Assembly (NCBI GenBank): GCA_010909165.1
Contig: MU008170.1
Span: forward strand, 1,240,001 to 1,304,000
DNA from: Anthoceros angustus
Lineage: Eukaryota > Plantae > Anthocerotophyta
Reading direction: 5' to 3'
Length of the DNA stretch: 64,000 bases
This document shows, piece after piece, positions 53,401 through 64,000 of the stretch (within the stretch, counting starts at the first letter, position 1; every line of letters starts with the position of its first letter). A program made the position numbers and the translations under genes. The notes below the pieces were generated by a model. That model worked only from the letters and a program-made list of their open reading frames with translations. It was not told the DNA's origin and searched no databases.

Positions 53401-55709
53401 ACGGTATGTTTGTCGGCACGTATGCAGGCAGCTTCTGTACAGTTGATGAGCTCTTGGCAGCCGCATTTGGTGGTCCTAGGTACCGGACTCCCCTAAAACT
53501 CTGCCTGATGAACGTTGTGCACATTATGGTCCCTTGACACTTTTTGGTCTGCTTGTGTTCTTCCAAATTTCTTGTCGTGAAGTGCAAAGTGGAGGAAGCT
53601 AGTTGCTGGAGCGCTTGCTGGCCCTTCGTTACTTCTAACCGGAGCAGAAAACACAAGCACGGCATTATATATCCTTGTGAGGGCTGCAGTTCTTGCAGCT
53701 CGAGCGGGTATATGGAGTAGTAATCTGGGCTGGCTTTGTCGCCCCTTGACATGGAGACATGGGGATACGTTTCTGATGTGCTTGTCATCATCTCAGATCT
53801 TGTACGTCCTCTTACTCAAATTTGTCGTGCCTGAGCTACCATTCTCGGTATGTGCTGCTACCCTTTTTAGTTTTCCTCTGGACCTTCTTGATTTCCTATT
53901 CATTGCCGCTGGTTTTCCGTTCAGATGGTCATGGATAATGAAGCCAAGCAGTCTACCTTCATCATACGTGTCATTTATCAACAAACTGGGAAACAAACAT
54001 CCCTCTATTGTCAAAGGAATTCAGGAGATTGCTCTGAAGCAGAGGCCATTGCCAAGTCTCCCGGAGATTCGTGATCACTACTTGCGTGAAGGATCAGACA
54101 TTGATTTCGACCCACATATGGAGATCCCTTGTACTGTGAGTCCCACACATGCGCCACTGGGAATTATGCCTAAATGGGATCGCTGCAAAGCAGTGTGGTC
54201 GATTATTGCTTTTGCTTGTTTGCAGTTTGACATGCAGTATGTAAGGCACGCGCAGCATGACGAACTTGTGGGGTGTTTTATGGGCAGATCGTTCATGGAA
54301 GTCGAAGCTGTCTAGCACATGGTCTCTCGTACTTTCTGGGGGCCTACATGCGAGCCATTCCTGTTTACATTCCAGTGCACATTGCGGGGTCACTTTTCGT
54401 GCACAGAGCAAACCTGTTCAGAAGGTAAAAACATTTCCGCATACTATTTTCTCCATGTGTGAAGCTGAATGTGGGAGGCATTCCCAAGATGTCTGTGGGA
54501 TAAATACCAAGGAGGAGGCACGTCAGGCCCCCTTTTTAACGTTATGGTCTTCGTTAGGAAAGGGAACACACAGAATGGCACAGACGGGATGTAAAGCCAA
54601 GTGATCATGTAGACCTTGGTGGGGAGGATGCGCAAGGGGTTGCTCCAAAACCTCCATGGCATCCGAAATGGTAACGGAAGCCTTTCGGGGGTCCTCTTGC
54701 GCCTTGTCCTTCGATGTCCCATATCCTCCTGGCCCGCCTTTTACCCTGGTTCTTCCAGACTCCGCCTTCTCCTACCACCCCCCCTCCTTCAGACCCCATC
54801 CGTCCAGGCCTGTGTCGATAAAGTCTAACCTCGTCTGTGTTTACAACACTTGGGTACAACGACTAGCTTTTGCGGGTGGTTGAGAACCTCATCATTTGAA
54901 CTGTCATATGCTGTTTTCCTTTGACCTACTCTGCTGTCAAGGCACACTGAGGAAAATAGCTTGTCTACTGCAATGCACCTTTCAGGGGAACAAGACTGAT
55001 GTTCCTGAGGAAACTATCTCTGGGCATCGCAAGGTCCAGTCTGTTTCTTGCTGCTTATGCTGCATCGGCTTGGTACGTATCACAATCTACCTTCCATGTG
55101 CTGCTTTGGCTGTTTCAAGCGGTTGCTGGGTAGTAACATCGAGTAAGGCCTAAATGTGGATGTCAGGTTGTGGACGTGTGCTCTGTTTCGAGGCAGTGGA
55201 ACCTGCAGCCCTGCTTTGGTTGCAGCAGGCACCGTAAGTTCAATTCAGTCGATGCCCTTTGAAAGTGAGGCGGGGTGCTGTTTATTGTGTGGTGTGCTCA
55301 CAATGACGGAATTGATGCTGTGTGGGCAGTTCCCGACGGGTCTGGCTCTCCTTCTTGAGCAGAAGAGCAGACGAATGGAAATATCCATATATTGCTTATC
55401 ACGAGCCCTGGAGAGCTTCGCAATATCGGTGAGCGACAGCAAGTTTGCGCGAAGACATAATCTGACCACTCCGAAGCGCATTGATGTGGTTCTCTTCAGC
55501 TTGGGCGCAGCCATCATTATGCATTGTCATGGCATACCAGATCCAGAAGGCAAGATCATCCGGCCGAAGTACAGGAACGTGCTTAACTGGGTATTGGGAT
55601 CCGGTAGCATGCAGTGGGTGTTCGACCAGCCTTGTTTCAGACAAGTCTTTGCCCATTATTTCCCCCCTCCCCACCCAAGGCAGAGCCACTTACCAAGGTG
55701 AAGCGCTAA
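50500..55709 (+). CDS. TMEM135-family membrane protein with a ~850-aa low-complexity N-terminal extension; multi-exon
   Basis: KRCISALLRGFLVGTGL, LRYGMFVGTYAGSFCTVDE, RAAVLAAR, HGDTFLMCLSSSQIL, LPSSYVSFI, GLALLLEQKSRRMEISIYCLSRALESF. The last exon (55684-55709) is predicted from splice signals. Confidence 0.82.
52522..52995 (+). repeat. In-frame duplication with a 252-bp (84-aa) period in the TMEM135 N-terminal exon
   Basis: GVNTS.S.SVAETRSAPSS.VRG.DGRVDDGGRPV.ESLI starts at 52522 and 52774. Confidence 0.9.
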
Positions 55710-55993
55710 CCAGAGAGGACTTTCAACTTGAGAGAAAGATGACCGGACAAGTAAGCCGCATGAGCCTCGTGGGATGAACAGCGATTTTGGTCGGAGGGAA
55801 CATGACATTCTTGCACGCCCTTCAAGTGGGGAATTTAACGTAGATGTATGATGTGATTTCCTGGCACTGGTGTGATTTTTCATCCGGAGCTTGGCAGTGG
55901 CAAGGGTGAGCGCCGGCGGCGTTCCTGGCAGCGCGCTGTGCGTGCATCTGGTGGTGGCTGTAGGCAGGGTTGTGATGGCGTAGCCCCGGGGAG

Positions 55994-57921
55994 ATGGGGG
56001 AGGCAGTGGGCAGTATTAGAGGTACCAGGTTCTCTGCCCGCTCCCGATGGTGGCGGCGCTACAGGATACTTGCGTGGACTACAACAGTTGCCATCATCTT
56101 GTCCATTTCCGCATCGCTCTTGTATGCGGGCTCCCTGTGCAGGGTGCAGTCGCTCTCCAGCTCCCGGGTGCTGCAGCTATGCTCCTCCGCGGACGGCACC
56201 GGCAGCGGCACAGGAGACGCCGATGTGGACGCGGACGGCGAGCCTGACTCCGACGACGGCCATGGCAGCGGCCTCAGCATCTACTTGATCCACAACGAGT
56301 TCGGGGCTCGGCAATATGCCTACGCGTTTCGCAACCTGTGCTACAACGGCAGCCACATGGTGTCCAGCGGCCGCGACTTGCAGTGCGTGGAGCCAGGCGG
56401 CAGCTTGGACGGCCGCATTGTGAGGGGAGTGCCGTGCTCCCAGCCGGCCTTCCCCGCCCTGGCCTCTCAGGTCCCCGCGGAATCCGACTTCTCCAACTTT
56501 TCCTTCTCGGCGGGCGCGTGGGCGTCCAGGCGGCCTGAGGCCCGGTGGATCCCGGGCACCAGCGCGGCCTTGCACCTGGGGCCTGCCACCACCAACGTGG
56601 CTCACTTCCTGGCCAGGGCCAACGTGCTCCACCTGCTCAACAACGCCACCCTGCCTGCCCTGCCCCAGCCCGTGCAGCGCTTCTTCCTCCTCCGCCACCG
56701 CATGCACACCCGCCTCCTGGACAAGAAGGTGGACCGCATCCACGGCTTCCACGGCGCGGATGGATTCATGGCCGTCGTCCTCGCCGACCTGCTGGCGTCC
56801 GCGCTCGGAGGCTCGCCAGACCAGCGTCCTCAGCATCCCCCGATTCCGACCCCTCACGACCTGGTCGGAGCCTCCTCCGCCGCCGGGGGCCTAGTTCACC
56901 TCGACCGCGCATTCTGGAACGCCACGGACCAGCACCCGCTCTGCTTCCGTTCCCTCCTCCTCTTCTCCCTGCTCAAGGTGAGGTGAGGTCCCAGTCGCGG
57001 GTCGTGACTGTTGCTGTGCCATGTCTGTTTCTTGATGTTCTTGTTTGTGTCCTCTTGTGCGGTCGCGTCGCTGTCGCCCCTGGCCTGACGCTGACACTTC
57101 CTTTGCACGGGGCCCACCTACCTCAGGGGGCGTACTGGCCCGGCGGGCCTCCCGTGGCCGACATCGTCCGCGCTAGGCTGAAGAAGAAGCTGCTGGGACT
57201 GGAGGACGAGCAGGCGGTTATCACAGGGGGATGGCCGGAAGCTGCCGGTGCCGAGCCCGCGCCGCTCAAGCTGCTCTACGTTTTCCGGAAGAACACGCGC
57301 AGGGTGTTTGCCAGCGCGAGCGAGGCCGCGTTTCGGGACTTCCTGGCCAGCCTGCCTGGTTACCGGCTGCGCGTCGTGGATTTCAAGCCGCTGCAATTCC
57401 GGGAGCAGTTCGCAGCTGTGCAGGAAGCGGATGTCGTCATCTCGCTTCACGGGGCCAATTTGGTGAATCCCACCACTTTCGGCAGAAGGAAGTCTGTTGT
57501 GGTGGAGATAATCCCGTTCAAAGTCGTGCATCGGATGTACGAGACGCAGGCCGTGAACACCGGCGTGCCCTACATGGCCGTGCGCTGCTCGCAGGGCCCC
57601 CTTCAAGACGGGGACGACGGCTTTCGTGCCCTGGACGGGGAGCACTGCATGGCCAATGCAAGCTGCAAGCAGTACTTTGTCCACACGCGTCACATAGACT
57701 TGACGGACGCTGAATTTAGCGACCTGAGGAGGGTGTTGCGGGTTGCGCACCTCCTGGTTTCCGGTATGGACGAGCAGGGCCTGTGGTCCCAGTCCGCGAT
57801 ACCTGCTCTCGCTGACTGCAACAGGTTCAGCAAAGGATATGATCCGTCCAATCCCAGCCCTTGGCTGAGCTACAGGTCTGCTGCTGACGATTCTGCGAGT
57901 CTGTGCTACATCCAGTCGTGA
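55994..57921 (+). CDS. Glycosyltransferase family 61 (DUF563)-like type II membrane protein; two exons (55994-56977, 57127-57921)
   Basis: N-terminal TM helix ILAWTTTVAIILSISASLLY. C-terminal FREQFAAVQEADVVISLHGANLVN..VVVEIIP. The phase-0 GT-AG intron 56978-57126 joins the frames. Confidence 0.78.
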
Positions 57922-58148
57922 AGAGAAAGGATCTTCCGATTAGGAGGTGGATAGGTACCTGTTTTCCAACCGGGGTGCCCAGGCTTGTCACCCGAAAAAA
58001 ATCATGTACATCGACACGGTCACCTCATTCCTATATTACAAGCCAAGCTGCCTGCCCCCTGCCCTGTTCCTATGCCTTATTTAACGAATACACCAGCTCC
58101 TACTAGGCACTCCTCTACCTGAAAATGGATTCACAAAAGAATACGATA

Positions 58149-61100
58149 CTAAAAGAGGGAGTTGTATGTCGAGGATGTCAACACGATGGAGATGATGCCT
58201 ACCAACAGAGTAGGTAGCATGGTCACGTTCACCAGCTTCCTGTCGCCTAGAAAGCCTGACAGAGTAATTGCGGCATCAGCAAGCACTCTGGCCAGGGTTC
58301 CAGCCTCTGTTGACAACAAACCACCGTTGTATGTCCCTCGGGAAAGTCTGGAAGACATGACTTTGGAAAGCAGGGCCAGATTCACCCCTGCAAATATTGC
58401 CCACAACAACACAGTCACTGCGTGCTCTGCCTGCTGAATTGCCTCCTCCCATGGGGTTCTACAAGTGAGATCAGATATGGGGGGGGCGGGTGACTTACCT
58501 TCAAGTACCTCGGCTGCCACGAATATTAACAGAGCCCCCAATACATACTGGCCCACGGTGTATGGAATCATTCTGCCATAGCAGAGGCTCACCACGACTC
58601 CAACGCAGACAAAACCTTGGGAGAAGAGAAGTATTTGTCTGCACAAAGGCCAGCCACGAGTTCAGTTTTCTTCTGAAGCCACAGGCAACCAGAAGCTGTG
58701 GAGAAAGCGCCCTCAAGGCAAGGCCATCAAGTACCTGTCCTCAAACATGTTACTCAGATAGCTGCCAACAATCCAATTTACAGGCAGCACCGTCAGGCCC
58801 AGGAGAGCCAAAAACAGAGCCACTGAACCCGTGCCCCAGTGAAAATAGTATGCCGTCACAACACTGGATTCTGAGAGTAGAATCTCCATAGCGAACTTCA
58901 GCATAAAATATATGAATAACTGAACCTGCACAGAGAAAGAAACCATGTCACCAACTTGAGATTATAGATGCCCTCAGCCTTTATACATGGCATGAGGATA
59001 CAACCAACTCTTTCCCCAGAGATACTCCAACCATTCAGGTGAGTCTACCTTCACTGGTTTTGTTAGGAGTCTGCAAGCTTCAAAAATGGATGAAGCCGGT
59101 GCTTTTGAATCCATTTCATCCTCATTACTCTCCTTCTCCAAAGAATCCAACTCATCTCCAACAGAGCAAGATTTGGATAGTCCTGAATTCGAGAGAAGTG
59201 GTTCTGACAAGTATGCATTCGCCTCTCCGTGGAGCCCCCGCCCAGATTCATCAACCAGATCTGTCCGAACATCTACTCTCTGTTAGCAACTAGGGCAGGA
59301 GCCTACAAAAATTGTGTGCACAACCTGGCACACCTGCAAAGATGAAATGAACGGACCTTCCTTACCTTTGTCATTGCTTGATGACTCCTCCACGGGAGCA
59401 GGGATGTGATGCGGGGGCTCTTTAAAACCAAGAACGAGGAAGCCAAGATATACCAACCAGGCAACACCCATGATCCAACCTGGCAGGGTGTTTGAATTCA
59501 AGCTGAAACCGAAAACAGATGTATTGAACTTAAGCACTCCAGCCAGGGCAGGCCCGGATGCCATGCCCAGTGCACTGGCACTCACAAAGGCTGCTGAGGC
59601 TTTGAGCCGCTTTCTAACTGGAACACAATCACTAATATAACGTCTGTTGACAGCCCTTGCGGAACCAAACCTGCATAACAGTGCACAATCTCCAGTCAGA
59701 CCATCTCTGCTCAGCTCAAGCCATAGACTGAGGAAAGCAGCAAAGCTGCACCCATCCTGCTTTAGTCAACACTTTCCAGGCAGTGGGAGAAGCCAGATCA
59801 GAATAACATCTTACCCGCACAGCAACCGACCAATGAGAAGAATCGTCAACGAATCATAATCATAGGCAACAGCATAGAAAACGTTGCCTATGAGCAGCAT
59901 GACACTGCTAAATATAAGTGGTCTGAAATATGACCTATTAGACCAGGCACTGAAGTAGACGGAAGAAACCAGTTGGGCCACTGCCATAGATCCAATAATC
60001 GCCCCACAAAGTGTGGGTGCAGCTCCCAAGCTCAGGGAGTACTTATCAGCTGTTGGGACGATGATATACGTGTTGACCTGCTCAGGATACCAAGGCAGTT
60101 GTCAGTAGGCTTGCCTGTTCTCGTGGCACAGAGCCAAAAGGTTGGGCAATGCAGAAATTGATCACAAAATGCATTGACTGTTGGATCTGAACGAACCCGA
60201 ATGACAGTCGAGGATACTCACCATGTAAAGGAATGTGTTAGCAAGATTTAGGAAAACGGACATTCCATGGTACTCGACATCTGCTACTTCCTCTCCAGGC
60301 AATTGAGGCAGATCTTCAGGGACAACCAGCTGCTTTGAAAGGAAGCGCAGAAAGCTGGTGGAGTTGGTGAGTCTCTCTTGTGCAGCTTTTATGGATTCTA
60401 TCACAGGCTCCTGCGGTGACAAGATCAACCATCATCATGAGAATGCTACTGGTTAAGCATCTCAAGCTTCACACTGTAGTACATGAGATGATGAAATCCA
60501 GGTGGCCCAAACCAAGCTCCTACATGTAGAGGAAAGGAGTGAGGAGACTCGTAGTACTGAGAAATAAGTGAACCCCTCTCACTTTGCAGCTCCGCAAGGT
60601 TGTGGGCAATGGTCCCCACCATTGCACCAATTCCCTGTGAACAGCAGCAAATATTCAGACCTCCGTACCTGTTACTGGCAACGGGTCGTGGCTGCACTGG
60701 AAAAGCATCCGCAGAAGCAAAGAAAACCAACAAACGTGAAGCATGACAGCTCACCACATGACGGAAGACTTGCTGTAGTTGAGAGTAAGGGTGATTAGAC
60801 CGAGTTGCAACATAGTAATCAGTTAACCTGTAACCGACACGCTTATCAAACTTCTTCAGAATCTTTCTCAGGCCAGTTGCATTCATCTCCACGAAATGAA
60901 GCAACTTAAGCAAGTCCTGTCCCACGGCCCGGTACTCCTCCTGCAGCTGTGACATTCTACTTGCATCTTCTTCCTCTGCTCCTTCACGCTCGTCTCCAAG
61001 TCTTGCAAGGCGGGCAGCCAAATGGCCTTGCTTCTCCAACAAAAAAAGAACCGTTTTCTCCACCTGACAGCAAGAAGCCAAACCCATCACTTTCTAGATA

Positions 61101-61423
61101 CCACAATACAGCAGCTAGTACTGCCACTCCAGGCACGGGACGTGAACAAGCAAGTACCTGCCGGTCCAACAACTCTGAAAAATCCTTCAGGATGTGCTCC
61201 CGGGATGCAGGATCCCGTCTGGCTTGCTCTGCATAGTTCCTCAACCGCTTCTTTATCATCTTGTACTGAATATAGTAGCTGCCACGCACAAAACACCCTG
61301 CCATCAGACGTGGATTCGTTGTCTCGGTCAAGGATCAAACATGCACTGAGAGGCCCTCACTGTAACTTACTCCTTCCATTCTGGAATCTGACGCTCTCTG
61401 AGCTTATTCCCAAATTTCACCAT
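58149..61423 (-). CDS. SPX-MFS (PHT5/VPT-type) vacuolar phosphate transporter; multi-exon
   Basis: [89 protein letters not shown]. Confidence 0.95.
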
Positions 61424-64000
61424 AGCTGCAACTCTTTCTCATCCACCTCAACGCAAAAACCCAGACCAGGCCACACACACCACTGCCTTCCTCCTTCCTT
61501 CCTCTGGTCAGCACCAGGAATCCTGATTCTCTGCCCAACAACTTCCAGTCCTAAAACTGCAACTCATCTCAACTGGAAAAGCGTTCCAAAATCGGATCTT
61601 CCCCCAGGGGCACCTCAAACTTCTCCTCTGAGCACGTGCATGTCGCCTTCAACGCCGCAAAGGCACGAGACATTGCAGAATCTAGTAATCCCACTCTCAT
61701 CCGCCAGAGTGGAGCTATCACGCCGTACTGGAAAACCTGCAACATGCCACCTCATCTGGCACGATCAGTAAAACAGCATGCGTGGAGAGGCAGGCGGCAA
61801 ATTGGCAATCCCAATCCAAGAACACCAGCAAAGCATTCACCAAGGATCCAAGAGAATATTCTTCTAAAAATCCTGAACCCGGCCCATGAAGAGAATATAC
61901 CGATCCTCCTTCGAGGGTCAATCAGAAGCGGCCAGATGCTACAAACAGCTCCACAGCCAACCAAACACTTGTGCCTGCGGCTCTGGATTCTAGAGGATAG
62001 GTAGAAACTGAATCCGTGTAGAAGCATAACCGGGAAGTGGGATCCAAGTCGAGGGCCCAAGCAAGCGGTGAATTCCTATTCCAGGCTACCAGTCCAAGCT
62101 TGCAAGCGAAGCGCACCTGCAGCTGGGGCTGGGTGTCGGGCCGACGGGGGGGTCATCAATCACGATTCGACTCGGGCCATGTTCTGGTGGCAGATTTGTG
62201 GGTTGCACAGGCGCAGGCACGGGCTCTGGCAGCCTGGCTCCCTTTGCGTTGCAGATGTCACTTCAAAACCATTTGCATGAACAGGAGGAGCAGGCTTTGC
62301 GGGTCCTTGCAACAATTCCGAGTTCTGACGGTGGGTCCGTGGGCCCGATTGAACAAGCCAGCCAGTGGCTTGCTAGATGCATTCCTTGTCCTGGCCCAGT
62401 CCAGACGTCTCCAAAATTCTAGCTGCGACTACAGTCTACCAGTCGCCCGCAGTCTGAACCGCCACGTGGCCCGCGACAAACTACCGTACCCACGCTGCCT
62501 GCCTGCGCCAAGCTTTCACGATCATATATACACATGGCCTAGTTCTAGGTGGGGGCCATAGTGGCGTACACGCTGGATGCTGGATAGAATAGGGATGGAA
62601 TGGGGTTCATACATCCAGATACCTACCTTTCTTCAGGTATCGATGTGTACGCGCATTCCGTAGGTGGGTGTCTATTGTTCTCCAAATGATACTTGCTGAA
62701 GTAATCTTGATGCCTTCTGGACAAGCTAAGTAGGATGTTGATCATTCAATCTACATATCTAGTTATATCATCCAAGATATTATAGATGACTTTAAAAGGT
62801 ATGAATATTTACTACTGAGCTTGAGAATTCCTCATATTATCTTTTGGTCAATGGGCTCGCTTCAATCTCTCCTCCCTCCATATAATGCGCAATAGAATGG
62901 CTTGAATGGAATAAAGTCTGTTTAGAAATAAATTGAGAACTCAACTTAAGGCGATGGCTCAAAACAACTAGAGCACACATGAGTTACAATCGCGGTAGTT
63001 GCTCTAACGAACTGCGGCAATTCGGTAGGGCAACTACCGCTACTAGAGATCGGGGCCTGCTGGGACTTGGTCACAAGCAAGTTCAGATGCCTTTCGCGCG
63101 TAAACGGCACATTCTCGTCGGCAAGGTCAGTTCAAGCAGGACTGGAGGGTGTGGGGGGTTGGCTGCAAAAGGAACAGGGACGGTGACGGCAAAGTTGGAA
63201 CCATAATAGCAACAGGGAAGCGGGGCCTGAGAGCTTGGATCGGTAGAAACGCTGTGATGCTTGATCGCTCTCCCTCCCGTAGGTGCAAAAGCGTCTACTA
63301 CGATATCAAGACATGTGCCCACTAACGATCAAATTGCATTTCAAAGTGGTCTGCCGAGGGAAAAGTCGGCACTTCCTCTGATAAAGAGCAGGTTATCCAC
63401 AATGCGGCACACGTTTTGAGAAGTCGCATACACAACAAATATCCCCGTCACTCAAACTCTGAAAGGGGACACTTGCTTACCCCAACCACTGGACTGAGAT
63501 AGACGAGAAACCGGTGCATCGTGCTTGGGTGGTTTCCACAGCCTGCAGTGATCATTTAAGATTCTGGACACCCACGGGCTCACCGGGACCTTGAAAGCGA
63601 CAATAGCAGAAATACCATGATCAGAAAGGTCCAGTATATTAGACTCCCCCTGGAGTTGGAGGGGAAAGGGTAGTTGCACTCGTTACTAGCATCACCACCT
63701 GGGGCATCAAACCTCGTCAAGTAAACTCCTTCTTGGAACAAGCAGCAAGACCTTTGAGACATATCTTCAAGTCCTCGTTGCACATCCTACGGCTTGTGTC
63801 ATAGCCATGCCCATGCCACAGGTAATATCCTCAGGCACGCTTGCACAGACGACCGCCACCCTGCTGCTTCAAGATCATCCTCCACGGTATACAACACGTG
63901 TAGCACAGCTTCTCAATCGCCGTCCTGCTGTTAAGAAACACAGTGGCCTCTCTCATGAGAGAGGGAGCCGTTCATGAAGCAAACAGTGCCAGAACCGTAA

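Noticed and set aside
63320-64000. Possible 3' exons of a minus-strand gene (splice-like sites at ~63480 and ~63543; ..EEVPTFPSADHFEMQFDR*)
   Set aside because: Upstream frames contain stops, I recognise no family, and the region is cut by the window edge.

Overview
Plant nuclear DNA, probably from a non-seed land plant with a compact genome and short introns (hornwort-like; this is an inference, not shown). Many 1-bp indels suggest an error-prone long-read assembly. The left ~41 kb is transposon-rich and contains: (i) a minus-strand Ty3/Gypsy LTR retrotransposon whose pol has a DNMT3-like C5 cytosine methyltransferase between protease and RT, plus a PHD finger after the integrase (the standout finding); (ii) a Sola-like DDD transposase split by a ~3 kb in-frame GT-AG intron, which holds a non-autonomous CACTA-like element with CCCTA ends and a GTA TSD; (iii) a full-length Ty1/Copia element (207-bp LTRs identical by eye, TACGT TSD) with an extra ORF upstream of gag; (iv) an AT-rich CAF1 deadenylase pseudogene and older Copia fragments. 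The right ~23 kb holds five host genes: PTAC3, an intronless RUVBL1, a TMEM135-family gene with a very long disordered N-terminus, a GT61-like glycosyltransferase and an SPX-MFS phosphate transporter.
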